NCBI GenBank assembly: GCA_029564465.1 | Contig: JAKQPY010000056.1 | Span: forward strand, 886 to 64,885 | Reading direction: 5' to 3' | Length of the DNA stretch: 64,000 nt | Source of the DNA: Bacteroidota bacterium | GTDB taxonomy: Bacteria; Bacteroidota; Bacteroidia; Bacteroidales; ML635J-15 | Shown here: positions 17,267 to 27,301 of the stretch, piece after piece | Layout of the letters: each line of letters starts with the position of its first letter | Position numbering within the stretch: the first letter of the stretch is position 1 | The notes under the pieces: generated by a model | The model's input: only the letters and a program-made list of their open reading frames with translations | What the model was told of the DNA's origin: nothing | Databases searched by the model: none | Program-made: the position numbers and the translations under genes

Positions 17267-18949
17267 TTATGACTTAATGTTTGGCAATTCCAGACCATAG
17301 CCTTTCTTTTTATCAACGGCTTTCAGCAGCAATCCGAGTAGTAATGCTGCAACACCAAGTAATGCAAGCATCAGTAGCGGATTTGTATAATCATATGATA
17401 TTGCAGCCTGTTGGGGTGTTATTGTACCATCATTAAGTTGTTTAACGACTTCAGGGTTTGATGAATTAAGGATTCTACCGATTAATAATGGGAATAACCA
17501 CAAACCGATGTTCTGTATCCAGAAAATCAGAGCATAAGCAGAACCGATTACTTTTTGGTCAACTAATTTGGGAACGCTTGGCCACAACGAAGCAGGAACC
17601 AATGAGAAAGAAGCTCCAAGAACTAAAATAGTAACGTAAGCAATCAATACACCACCAATGGCACTGCCTTTGGCTAATGGTAATACAAATGCAAATGTTA
17701 AATGGCAAACGATTAATAAAATAGACCCTATCATAAGCATTGATGCAGCTTTTCCTTTGGTGTCAACATATTTACCAAGAATAGGAGTAATACCCACAGC
17801 CAATAAAGGGAATACAGCAAAAATAGTTTCAGCCGACTGACGCATATATCCCATATAGCAGAAAGTAATCAGGGCAATTATTGAAATTCCCAGGTAAATA
17901 TATTTTTGGGTGCCTTTGCGAAAATTGCTTATAAATGCAAAAGCAGCAACAATCAACATAATTCCATATTGCACAAAAGTAACGGTATTCGAAGCCCAGA
18001 AAGTCCCAGCTTCAGGTTCAACAAATGTGAGATTGCATTGCAGCATATTCACTGCATACTTTTGGAATGGGAAAATTGCTGAATAATAAAGTACACAAAG
18101 TAAAGCGACGAGCCAAAATCCGGTGCTTGCAAATATTTTGCGGATATCGCTCACTTTGAATGGATCGTCTTTTTCTTCCGCTTCGCCGGTTTGTGCATCA
18201 AGTTTCTTATCCATGAAGAAATAAACAATGAACATTATCAGAGCAATCATTAGTAAAATTACTCCGAAAGCAACAGAATTTGCTACGTTTACATCCATCA
18301 AAAAAGTATCACTGGTAGAATCTGCTCCCCATTTTGCAATTAGTGGAGAGAATATCATACATGTTGCAACTCCTAATCGAGCCAGTGCCATTTCTGAACC
18401 CATAGCCATCGCCATTTCTCTGCCTTTAAACCATTTCACGATACCACGTGAAACTGTAATTCCAGCCATTTCAACGCCACAACCAAAAATCATAAAGCCG
18501 ACTGATGCAAGTTTTGCAGATGCAGGCATCCCTCTATAAAATGGTGTAATTCCTAATTCATCAAATCCCGGGATATAATTTAAATTTTCTGTAAACCAAG
18601 TTTCTAACCCCGAACCAATAAATGAGTTGCTTACTGAGTACCATTTAATAACAGCACCAATTAACATCACAACTCCAGACAAAATAGCGGTAAATCTTAC
18701 GCCTAATTTATCCAAAATAATTCCTGCAAAAATGAGGAAGAAAATAAAAACATTGAGAAATGTTTCACTCCCCTGCATAGTTCCGAATGCAGCCGAATCC
18801 CACCCTCGTGTCGATTGCATTAAGTCTTTAATCGGTGAAAGTATATCCATAAAGATATACGAGCAAAACATTGCGAATGCTAAGAGCACCAACGCAGTCC
18901 ATCTGGCTGCTGTGCTGTCTCTTAATGTGCTTTTTAATGCATCTGTCAT
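17267..18949 (-). CDS. MFS-type transporter (about 14 TM segments)
   Basis: 560 aa, hydrophobic throughout with roughly 12-14 predicted helices and a central charged loop (KKLDAQTGEAEEKDDPFK). Substrate unknown. Confidence 0.7.
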   Translation of the reverse strand: MTDALKSTLRDSTAARWTALVLLAFAMFCSYIFMDILSPIKDLMQSTRGWDSAAFGTMQGSETFLNVFIFFLIFAGIILDKLGVRFTAILSGVVMLIGAVIKWYSVSNSFIGSGLETWFTENLNYIPGFDELGITPFYRGMPASAKLASVGFMIFGCGVEMAGITVSRGIVKWFKGREMAMAMGSEMALARLGVATCMIFSPLIAKWGADSTSDTFLMDVNVANSVAFGVILLMIALIMFIVYFFMDKKLDAQTGEAEEKDDPFKVSDIRKIFASTGFWLVALLCVLYYSAIFPFQKYAVNMLQCNLTFVEPEAGTFWASNTVTFVQYGIMLIVAAFAFISNFRKGTQKYIYLGISIIALITFCYMGYMRQSAETIFAVFPLLAVGITPILGKYVDTKGKAASMLMIGSILLIVCHLTFAFVLPLAKGSAIGGVLIAYVTILVLGASFSLVPASLWPSVPKLVDQKVIGSAYALIFWIQNIGLWLFPLLIGRILNSSNPEVVKQLNDGTITPQQAAISYDYTNPLLMLALLGVAALLLGLLLKAVDKKKGYGLELPNIKS

Positions 18950-18985
18950 AGTGTTTCTGTGTTAAATGTTGAAAATTTTGATGAA

Positions 18986-18993
18986 CAAAAGTA
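18986..18993 (-). promoter_or_regulatory. -7 promoter motif (TACTTTTG on minus strand) upstream of the MFS gene
   Basis: Plus-strand CAAAAGTA is the reverse complement of TACTTTTG. It lies 37 nt upstream of the ATG at 18949. Confidence 0.4.
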
Positions 18994-19163
18994 ACGTTTT
19001 TCGTAAATCTCAAACATTTTTTTTAATTTTATTTGGTGTCAGTTGTACATCTATCTTTTTGTATTAATGTATGTGAAAAACAAATTGATATTTATATGCA
19101 AATAATATTGGTTCGAAACCATATTATTGATATATTTAGCCACGTAATTTAAAATTAATTGAC

Positions 19164-22100
19164 ATGAGAAAAATTTACCTTGTAAGTCTGATGATGCTTG
19201 TGACTGTGATGGCTGCCATCGGGCAGGCACTCCCTGATAACTGGACAGTGGTTACCTCGCTGATTACAGTTACCGAAGAAACAAGCACTGTAAACAATGG
19301 CAGTTCTGCCATGAAAGTGGTATTTACCGGCACAGCGAACGAAGATATTCGTTCCGAATCGTTTGCTGTAACCAGTGGAGCAAGTTTCAGCTACACCCTC
19401 GATGTGTACGACAACGATGCTGCAGGACGAGTGAGAATGGCTATCATCTGGAGCACAGGTAACGATTACCAGAACATTTATTCTGTGGATCAGGCCGGTT
19501 GGCAGACTTTAACCTATTCCGCAAATGTGCCTGCCGGAGCAACCTCGGCTTATATTCTGCTAAGGTTTTATGACGTATCTGCTTCATGGGATGGAGATGC
19601 CGAATTGTTTATTGACAATGCCGTTTTCTCCGAGAACTCAGGTGCAAACCTTATTCTCAATCCTTCTTTCGAAGATTGGTCGGTTCCTGTAATACCTGAG
19701 TACACCATTGCCGAAATTCAGGGTTCTGCTGATGCTTCCCCTTATGTTGGCGATCAGGTAATAACCGGAGGAATTGTTACCGGTGTTTCTGCTACCGGAT
19801 ATTTTATTCAGGATGGGGCAGGTGCCTGGAACGGAATTTTCGTTTTCAACAATACAAACACTCCCGTAATTGGTGACGATATTACCATTAAAGGTATCGT
19901 TGCTGAATTCAATGGAAAAACCGAGATGACGAACATTACTGAATATAATGTTAACTCTGTGGATAACGAGTTGCCCTTGCCGGTTGCCGTAACAACACTG
20001 GGGGCTGCTGCCGAAATGTACGAAGGTGTTCTGGTATCGGTAGCTGATGCAAATTGCTCCAATGCGGATGCCGGTTTTGGCGAATGGACTGTTGACGATG
20101 GTTCAGGTGCAATTAATATTAATGACCTGATGTTTGCCTATACCCCTGTTGCTGGAAACGACTACAATGTTACAGGTGTGGTTGATTTTGCCAATGCAGC
20201 ATTTAAAATTGAACCGCGCTCTGCCGACGACATAACTGATTTGGGTAACCCCATTCAAAACGCAATCAATCACGCAATTGCCAATTCATCGCTTACCTTG
20301 AATCCCAATCCGGTCGAAATTAATCACGGTGAAGCAGCTGAATTTGACGTTACCATACAATACGCCACATTCTCGCCAGACCTTCCGGCAGGATATTATG
20401 TTGATGCATTCATAACTTTTTCGGAAGCCTTACCCGAAGGAATTTCAATCAATATTGTGCATACCGGATATGGAATTGATGTTACTTATGAACCTGCTGC
20501 AGGAACTACCGTACTAACATTGTCGCAGATGTTGGGTGTAAGCCCTGCCTTGCTCTGGGGTCATTCCGGTTTAACCGATGTATGGAACTTAAGCATCAGC
20601 GGCTTGCCTATTGGCGAATATGAAGCTCAAATCGTGTCGCTGGCCGACGATGGAACCGATGGTCCGTTCAGTACTTTTGAACTGGCGTCCGATGTACTCA
20701 ATGTAAGTGTTCTTCAGACTATTGAGGAAGCCCTGGCTTTACTCCCCGCTTCTTCTTCACTTTCTATTGACCCAGAATATCAGTCACGAACCTGGGGCGA
20801 AAATGCTGACCTCGAAGTTGTAGCTGTTTTCCCAGGCGAAATTGCACCCATTCTGGCTGAATATTATACCGATGCTTATATTCAGATAAGCCCGGCACCA
20901 ACTGATGGTTTTGTTGTTTCAATTGTATACGACGATAACAATGGTGGTCATGCCGAACTTGGCTCTTTCGATGTGACTGCAGGTACCGAAAATATATACC
21001 TGAGTGAACTTGCTTCGGTCGACCGCACTTTACTCAGCGGCCATGCAGGATTGCAGATTACCTGGACTGTTACCATCGGGACGCTGGCAGTTGGCGACTA
21101 CACCATAACCATGTCGTCGGTTACCAATACCGAAGCAGGGTTTGGTACGGGTGATTTTGTGCTTGCCACCGATAATGCACAGGTTGTTATTGAAAACGAA
21201 ACCGACCCGATTACAATTATTCAACAACCGACCGACCTGGTAGTTTGTCAGGATGTTGAAGCTTACCTTTTTGTGGAAGCCGAGTCGGAAGAAATAATTT
21301 CATACGAATGGTTCCTCAACAGCGAAAGTACAGGAATTTTGAATGATACAATTTATGTTACTACTCCGGGAGAATATTATTGTGTACTGACGACTGAGTC
21401 AGCCACTCTGACAACAGAAACAGCAAGCTTTATGATTTCGGTTCCTGTAGTGAATCTGGGTCCCGATGCTCAATATTGCAATGGATATATCGCTGAACTC
21501 AACGCCGGAGAATTTGCTTCTTATGAGTGGCAGGATTTAAGCACGAATGCTACATTTACTGTAACAGAATCCGGAGAATATTTTGTTGTGGTTAGCGATG
21601 AATATGGCTGTACCGCTTCCGATACAATTAATATACTGTTTATTCTGGATTGGAGCTTCAGTTTGGGCGAAGATGTGTACCTCTGTCCCGAAGCAGTTAT
21701 TACCCTTGAATCACCTGTAGTGGGAGCTTACGAATGGAATACCGAAGAAACCACGGCCTCTATCGAAGTGGAAACTGCCGGTGAATATATTCTGACTGTG
21801 GTTCAGGGTAACTGCACCGAAAGCGATACTATTGTTGTAATAGCTGCCGAAAACCCCGAAGCGTTTGATTTTGGTGATGAATTGTTTGCTTGTCAGGGTT
21901 CGGAACTCAGTATTGAGTCTCCCGTAGCAGCCGAGGCGTATTTGTGGAGCACAGGAGCTGTTACTGATGAAATTGTGGTAACTGAATCAGGAACATATAC
22001 CCTGACTATTTTCAATGAAGCCGGTTGTTCTGCCAGCGATGATGTGGTTGTAAATTTTGTTGACTTCATTATTATTAGTCTTGGCGACGATATTATGGCA

Positions 22101-22967
22101 TGTCCCGGTGACAGTGTCGTTCTTGATCCGGCAGCCGGTGCTTCTTGGATATGGTCTGATGCTTCTGAACTCAGTACTCTTACGGTTGGCGATGCCGGAG
22201 TTTATTCGGTTACAGTTACCGATTCTTACGGATGCACCGGTTCCGACGAAATTGAAGTGGCTTACAGGATTGCTCCTGCCGTGAATCTGGGCGAAGACAT
22301 CGTTTTCTGTTCGGGTAACATGCTTGAACTTCAGGCTCCCGTTGCAACGGAATACGTATGGAGCACGGGTGATACCTTGCAGGGAATCGAAGTGAGAGTA
22401 TCGGGCGATTATTCGGTTACCATTACAGATGAATTCGGGTGTCACAATTCCGACACGATGAATCTTACGGTATTACCTTCTCCTCTGGTTGATTTGGGTC
22501 CTGATAATACAATTACCGAAGACCAGACCATTATCTTAGGTGCATACCCCGGTTATACAACTTATCAGTGGTTCGACAATTCAACCAGTGATTATATCGT
22601 TCTCAACGGTCTCAGCCTGGGTGTTGGCGAACATATTATCTGGGTTAGGGTAACTGCTTCAAACGATTGCGAAACCTACGACGAATTTACGCTTACCGTA
22701 ACCGAAGGAATAGGTGTTGATCCTGTGATCGCAGAATCAGTGAATGTTTTCCCAAATCCAGTAAACAATATATTGAATGTTGATTTCGGTTTGCTTAACG
22801 GAAATAAAAATGTGAGTCTGTTTGATGCCACCGGACGTTGTATCCTTAGTATTAATACAACCGACAATCAGACATCATTAGATTGTAGTGGTTTGGCTGA
22901 TGGTATGTATACCGTAAGCATAAGCTCCGAAAATGAATTTGTTCGCAAAACCGTTGTAAAACAATAA
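19164..22967 (+). CDS. 1267-aa multidomain secreted protein with T9SS C-terminal sorting domain (adhesin-like)
   Basis: Reading from the N-terminus: a signal peptide, a jelly-roll/CBM-like domain and an OB-fold-like segment (YTIAEIQGSADASPYVGDQVITGGIVTG...GYFIQDG). Next come two ~135-aa internal repeats and an Ig-like domain. Then there are six ~68-aa Cys-pair repeats (LG.D...C.G....L......Y.W......I.V...G.Y.V.V.D..GC..SD). The C-terminal CTD is VFPNPVNNILNVDF...GMYTVSIS. Confidence 0.85.
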   Translation: MRKIYLVSLMMLVTVMAAIGQALPDNWTVVTSLITVTEETSTVNNGSSAMKVVFTGTANEDIRSESFAVTSGASFSYTLDVYDNDAAGRVRMAIIWSTGNDYQNIYSVDQAGWQTLTYSANVPAGATSAYILLRFYDVSASWDGDAELFIDNAVFSENSGANLILNPSFEDWSVPVIPEYTIAEIQGSADASPYVGDQVITGGIVTGVSATGYFIQDGAGAWNGIFVFNNTNTPVIGDDITIKGIVAEFNGKTEMTNITEYNVNSVDNELPLPVAVTTLGAAAEMYEGVLVSVADANCSNADAGFGEWTVDDGSGAININDLMFAYTPVAGNDYNVTGVVDFANAAFKIEPRSADDITDLGNPIQNAINHAIANSSLTLNPNPVEINHGEAAEFDVTIQYATFSPDLPAGYYVDAFITFSEALPEGISINIVHTGYGIDVTYEPAAGTTVLTLSQMLGVSPALLWGHSGLTDVWNLSISGLPIGEYEAQIVSLADDGTDGPFSTFELASDVLNVSVLQTIEEALALLPASSSLSIDPEYQSRTWGENADLEVVAVFPGEIAPILAEYYTDAYIQISPAPTDGFVVSIVYDDNNGGHAELGSFDVTAGTENIYLSELASVDRTLLSGHAGLQITWTVTIGTLAVGDYTITMSSVTNTEAGFGTGDFVLATDNAQVVIENETDPITIIQQPTDLVVCQDVEAYLFVEAESEEIISYEWFLNSESTGILNDTIYVTTPGEYYCVLTTESATLTTETASFMISVPVVNLGPDAQYCNGYIAELNAGEFASYEWQDLSTNATFTVTESGEYFVVVSDEYGCTASDTINILFILDWSFSLGEDVYLCPEAVITLESPVVGAYEWNTEETTASIEVETAGEYILTVVQGNCTESDTIVVIAAENPEAFDFGDELFACQGSELSIESPVAAEAYLWSTGAVTDEIVVTESGTYTLTIFNEAGCSASDDVVVNFVDFIIISLGDDIMACPGDSVVLDPAAGASWIWSDASELSTLTVGDAGVYSVTVTDSYGCTGSDEIEVAYRIAPAVNLGEDIVFCSGNMLELQAPVATEYVWSTGDTLQGIEVRVSGDYSVTITDEFGCHNSDTMNLTVLPSPLVDLGPDNTITEDQTIILGAYPGYTTYQWFDNSTSDYIVLNGLSLGVGEHIIWVRVTASNDCETYDEFTLTVTEGIGVDPVIAESVNVFPNPVNNILNVDFGLLNGNKNVSLFDATGRCILSINTTDNQTSLDCSGLADGMYTVSISSENEFVRKTVVKQ

Positions 22968-22989
22968 ATTCTGTAAATTGCATGTTATA

Positions 22990-23021
22990 CAGGCAACGGA
23001 CTTCCGTTGCCTGTGTTTTTT
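22990..23021 (+). terminator. Rho-independent terminator after the 1267-aa gene
   Basis: Perfect stem CAGGCAACGGA (22990-23000) pairs with TCCGTTGCCTG (23003-23013), followed by TGTTTTTTG. Confidence 0.8.
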
Positions 23022-23109
23022 GTGTAAACCTCTAATTGTTAATAAATAGTGAGATGTTTAATTTGAAATGAAAATTCATAGTAATAATTTTGAAAAAATA
23101 ATTTTGACA

Positions 23110-23238
23110 ATGAAAAAAAGTATCTTGATTGTTGCCGCTGTTTTATTTCTTTCCGCAGTACTTTATTCCTGCAAAGGAACACAGGATTGTCCTGCCTATA
23201 GTAAAGCAGAAAGACCCCAGGTGGAAAGCAGGGCATGA
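23110..23238 (+). CDS. Small (42-aa) putative lipoprotein, below the ORF-track cutoff
   Basis: My translation is MKKSILIVAAVLFLSAVLYSCKGTQDCPAYSKAERPQVESRA. It has a signal peptide with lipobox-like LYSC. The opposite-strand 69-aa track ORF looks spurious. Confidence 0.45.
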   Translation: MKKSILIVAAVLFLSAVLYSCKGTQDCPAYSKAERPQVESRA

Positions 23239-23281
23239 TTTGCCTCAAAATAAATTCGCTCGGGTAACGTTATAATTTTAT

Positions 23282-23289
23282 TATATTTG
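23282..23289 (+). promoter_or_regulatory. -7 promoter motif TATATTTG
   Basis: Matches TAnnTTTG and lies 23 nt upstream of the ATG at 23312. Confidence 0.4.
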
Positions 23290-23311
23290 TTACGTCAGAA
23301 GCATTTTGTGT

Positions 23312-24106
23312 ATGAATATTTCGTTGAGGTTCATTCTTTTGTTATTGTTGCTGTTTGTCCTGAGTGGATTTGTTTATGCTCAGGGTGAAATTGAATTTGA
23401 ACGCGAACCTGATAATTATAACGAAAATTCGTTTGGCGCAAAATTGAATTCCAATGGCTGGGGCCTCGATTATCGCTTTTCGCAGCGAATAACCTATCGC
23501 TCACGCTATTTTTACGAGGCAGGCTTTGATTATGTGAAAGATGCCAAAGAAATAAAAGTAATTAACCCATATTTTAATCAGCAACGAAAATTCGTTTTTG
23601 GAAAAATTCACTCTTTTCAGACAATAAAAGCGGGTATGGGCTACAACCGTTTATTGGTTGAAAAACGCGACAGGGGAAGCATTGCAATTAATGCTAATTT
23701 CAGTGCGGGCGGAATTTTAGGGATAGCAAAACCCATATACTATGAGTTGGTTGACAGCACCAAGGTGGTGGGCGATATTCAGTATTATTACACGAATATT
23801 CACCGGCTCGATATTCATAAATATAACCCAACCGACGTGGTAGGCAAGGCCTCCTTTTTCGATGGTTTAAGCGAAACGAAATTTATTCCGGGTATTTTCG
23901 TGAAAGCTGCCTTGAATTTTGATTTCAGCCGTAATGTGATGAAGAGTAACCTTATTGAAACCGGCATTAATTGCGATTTTTACTTTAATGAAGTTGAAAT
24001 TATGGCGGAAAACCCGAAAAGCTTGTTTTTATCAATTTATGTATCATATAGGTTTGGGTCCAAGTACAACGCCAATCTTAGCCGTGAGGCACGAAAAGAA
24101 AACTAA
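23312..24106 (+). CDS. Hypothetical secreted / outer-membrane protein
   Basis: The track start at 23306 is TTG, and I prefer the ATG at 23312 (MNISLRFILLLLLLFVLSGFVYAQ, a signal peptide). The sequence is beta-rich with no family recognised. Confidence 0.6.
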   Translation: MNISLRFILLLLLLFVLSGFVYAQGEIEFEREPDNYNENSFGAKLNSNGWGLDYRFSQRITYRSRYFYEAGFDYVKDAKEIKVINPYFNQQRKFVFGKIHSFQTIKAGMGYNRLLVEKRDRGSIAINANFSAGGILGIAKPIYYELVDSTKVVGDIQYYYTNIHRLDIHKYNPTDVVGKASFFDGLSETKFIPGIFVKAALNFDFSRNVMKSNLIETGINCDFYFNEVEIMAENPKSLFLSIYVSYRFGSKYNANLSREARKEN

Positions 24107-24211
24107 TGTTTTTTCTAATGTTAATTTTTTGTTTTAAGAAAAATCATTTATATTTAGAGGTTTAAAAGAAGTTCGGTTGAATTGAAATATTATTTATGTA
24201 AATAGTTTATT

Positions 24212-27157
24212 ATGAGAAAGTTAACTTTACTTGTATTGTTAGTGTCCGCCATGGGTGCGGCAGTTTTAACAGCTGTTATTTCGCAAAGAAATGCCAAATC
24301 AGTGTATGTTCCGCAGTCTGATGATACTGTTTTGGCGAATAATGGTTTTTCGGGAGCCGCAAAATGGATTTTCGAAAGGCAGGCAAACCTCGAAACAGGA
24401 ATGATTAATCCTTTAGCCATTGAGAATGCAGCAAGGCAGGTTGGCAGGATGAAGTCTTCGAAGAATTCTTTAAACCTGAACTGGGAATTTGCAGGCCCTT
24501 CGAATATTGGAGGCAGGTGCAGGGCTATTCAAATTGATAAAACCAACCCCGATATTCTATATGTGGGCGGTGTTTCGGGTGGACTGTGGAAGTCAACAAC
24601 CGGAGGAACAAGTTGGGTTCAGGTTAAATATGCCGGTGATGCTGAAACCGGAACTATTCCCAATCTGAATATCAGCAGTATTTGCCAAACCAGCAACGGT
24701 GATATTTATTTCGGAACAGGCGAATTATTCGCAAATCCTTATGGTAGCGGTAATACCGGTTTTCAGGGAGCCGGTATCTGGAAATCAACCGATGGTGTGA
24801 CTTTTTCACGACTCGCATCAACCTGGTCGGATGCCACCAGCAAAAACACTTTTGTGTTTGTAAACCGTCTCGTGGCTCATCCTACACAGGCCAATACCTT
24901 ATATGCAGCAACCAAGCGTGGTTTAATGGTTACTACCGATGGAGGTGAAACCTGGACCAATCCAATACACAACGTGGCTGATTTCCCCATTACCGAAACC
25001 TGCGGAACCGTGGCAATAAGCAGCGATGGAACCCATATCATTGTTGACCTTGGTGCACAGGTATATGTTTCGCACAACAGCGGTACCACCGAATCGTGGG
25101 TAAAAGTTACCGGCAGCAACGAAGGTAATCTTCCTACTACTTCTATCAGAACTGAACTGGCGATTGCTCCTTCCGATAAAAATATTATGTACGCCCAAAC
25201 AACCAAAAGCGACAGGAGCCTCTTAAATATTTATCGTTCGACCGACGGAGGTCTTACATGGTCTATTATCGGTCCTGGTGGTAGTGCAACATTTAATCCA
25301 TTGGGTGAGCAAGGCGACTACGACAATGTTATCGCAGTGTATCCCGATGATGCCAATTCAATTATTGTAGGCGGACAATATAGTTTATGGAAATGGGGAC
25401 TTACAACGGGTTGGGATATGCTCACCATGTGGTCGGTAGATCAGAATAGCCCAATGTATGTACATGCCGACCAGCACGAAATTAAATTCCATCCTACAAA
25501 CCCCGATATTGTTTACTGCGGAAGTGATGGTGGAATACATCGTTCGATTAATGGTGGTACCTATTGGACAACGCTGAATAAAAATTTCGGAGTTACCCAG
25601 TTCTATGCAATTGGACACAACGGAACGAATAAATTGATTGGTGGCACACAAGACAACGGTACTTTATATATTGACCCCGATCGTACGGTTACCACGGGGC
25701 TCGAAAATGAAGCTGTTTCTGTTTCGGGTGGTGATGGAGGTTACAGCGAAATTTCACAGATAGAACCCTCCATTATGTTCAGTACAATATATTATGGATC
25801 TTTGTATCGTTCCGAAGATACTGGAGAAACCATGGCTTCGTTTTACAATACCCGCTTGGAAAATAGTGCAAAACCCGGTGATGAAACCCAGGGACATCCT
25901 TTTGTAACTCCCATTGCCTTATGGGAAAGTTTCAACGATGTTAATTCTATCGAAACGGTTAGTTTGATTGCTAACCGCGACTATGAAGCCGGTGAAACTG
26001 TATTTATCGAAAGCCATATTAAAGATAATTATGTGCGGGTTACCCTTGATGCCCCTGTTGCCCAGTACGATACCATTGTGGCCACCGATCATTACCAGTC
26101 GAGGATGGCTGTTGGCTTCAAAGGCGGAGTGTGGATGACTACCCAGGCTTTAAATTTCAGGGTTACTCCCAACTGGCAGCCTGTGGCCAATTTGCGCAAA
26201 GAAGCCAACGATTACGAAGTTGTTCAATGCATTGAATTCAGCGCCGATGGTGCGTTCATGTATTTTGCAACCAACCGTTACACCAGTGGCGGTTCAAGTT
26301 CTATCCTTTACAGATTAGGCGACTTTAACGAGCATCGTCTCGATAGTGCCCGCGACGCTGATTTCAGTACGTACGAACTTGAATTGGTGCCGATTGCTGT
26401 GTTCGGTAGCCGCACAATTACCGGTATTGGAGTTGATCCAGAATCATCAGGTAATGTAGTTGTTACTTTAGGTAACTACGAAAACAACGATTATATTTAT
26501 TATTCTACCAGTGCCAATGTAGCTCCGGCTGTAACTTCAGGTCCGGGTAGCTTTGTTGCAAAACAAGGAAATCTGCCGGCTATGCCTTGCTATGATGCAT
26601 TAATTCTTTGGAACGATTCACGTAAAGTGCTTGTCGGAACTGAATTTGGTGTATTTGGCACAGCTGATATTACTGCGGCCAATCCGGTTTGGACCGATGA
26701 GAACGGGAACGGACTTGATTATGTTCCGGTATATCACCTACGTCAGCAAATAATTCCGAACGGATGGATGCCCGATATGCAATTCGACAACGGAATCAGA
26801 AATCATGGCTACATTTGGGCTGGCACGCATGGTCGGGGTATCTTTAAAACAAAGACCTATGCAGGCCCGGTTTCGGTCGAAGAAATTAGCACCAATGTAC
26901 CGAAATCAACAATTAACCTTTTCCCGAATCCTGTAAGCGAAAATGCAACAATAAGCTTTACCCTCAACGAGAACACCGATGTTTGTGCTCAGGTGTTCGA
27001 TGTTCAGGGTAAACTGGTTAAAACGTTCAACTGGAAATCGCTTTCTAAAGGAAATCAGCAGAAATCAATTAATTGCAGCGATTTAAAAGATGGTGTGTAC
27101 GTGATTTCGCTTCAGGGTGGATCTGCAAAATCGAGTACCCGTTTTATTAAACGATAA
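24212..27157 (+). CDS. BNR/Asp-box (sortilin/Vps10- or GH74-like) beta-propeller protein with T9SS C-terminal sorting domain
   Basis: 981 aa with a signal peptide. Contains repeated Asp-box-like S.D.G.TW motifs (WKSTTGGTSW, WKSTDGVTF, TTDGGETW, SHNSGTTESW, RSTDGGLTW, RSINGGTYW). The CTD is LFPNPVSENATISF...GVYVISLQGG. Confidence 0.8.
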   Translation: MRKLTLLVLLVSAMGAAVLTAVISQRNAKSVYVPQSDDTVLANNGFSGAAKWIFERQANLETGMINPLAIENAARQVGRMKSSKNSLNLNWEFAGPSNIGGRCRAIQIDKTNPDILYVGGVSGGLWKSTTGGTSWVQVKYAGDAETGTIPNLNISSICQTSNGDIYFGTGELFANPYGSGNTGFQGAGIWKSTDGVTFSRLASTWSDATSKNTFVFVNRLVAHPTQANTLYAATKRGLMVTTDGGETWTNPIHNVADFPITETCGTVAISSDGTHIIVDLGAQVYVSHNSGTTESWVKVTGSNEGNLPTTSIRTELAIAPSDKNIMYAQTTKSDRSLLNIYRSTDGGLTWSIIGPGGSATFNPLGEQGDYDNVIAVYPDDANSIIVGGQYSLWKWGLTTGWDMLTMWSVDQNSPMYVHADQHEIKFHPTNPDIVYCGSDGGIHRSINGGTYWTTLNKNFGVTQFYAIGHNGTNKLIGGTQDNGTLYIDPDRTVTTGLENEAVSVSGGDGGYSEISQIEPSIMFSTIYYGSLYRSEDTGETMASFYNTRLENSAKPGDETQGHPFVTPIALWESFNDVNSIETVSLIANRDYEAGETVFIESHIKDNYVRVTLDAPVAQYDTIVATDHYQSRMAVGFKGGVWMTTQALNFRVTPNWQPVANLRKEANDYEVVQCIEFSADGAFMYFATNRYTSGGSSSILYRLGDFNEHRLDSARDADFSTYELELVPIAVFGSRTITGIGVDPESSGNVVVTLGNYENNDYIYYSTSANVAPAVTSGPGSFVAKQGNLPAMPCYDALILWNDSRKVLVGTEFGVFGTADITAANPVWTDENGNGLDYVPVYHLRQQIIPNGWMPDMQFDNGIRNHGYIWAGTHGRGIFKTKTYAGPVSVEEISTNVPKSTINLFPNPVSENATISFTLNENTDVCAQVFDVQGKLVKTFNWKSLSKGNQQKSINCSDLKDGVYVISLQGGSAKSSTRFIKR

Positions 27158-27174
27158 GGTTTATTCTCTAACCG

Positions 27175-27208
27175 AAAAGGCTTTCGTTGTCGGAAGCCTT
27201 TTTTGTTT
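27175..27208 (+). terminator. Rho-independent terminator after the BNR-repeat gene
   Basis: Stem AAAAGGCTT (27175-27183) pairs with AAGCCTTTT (27194-27202) around a 10-nt loop, with a T-rich tail. Confidence 0.75.
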
Positions 27209-27271
27209 GATTTTATCCCGCCATGTATGCGCTAATCCCCAATTATTGTTTGTGAGTTAGCGTTAATTATA

Positions 27272-27279
27272 TATTTTTG
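27272..27279 (+). promoter_or_regulatory. -7 promoter motif TATTTTTG
   Basis: Matches TAnnTTTG and lies 23 nt upstream of the ATG at 27302. Confidence 0.45.
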
Positions 27280-27301
27280 CAACCTGATTTCTGATGCGAT
27301 T

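Noticed and set aside
23039-23248. 69-aa minus-strand ORF in the spacer after the 1267-aa gene
   Set aside because: Its composition is implausible and it is antisense to a better small ORF (a 42-aa lipoprotein-like peptide on the plus strand).
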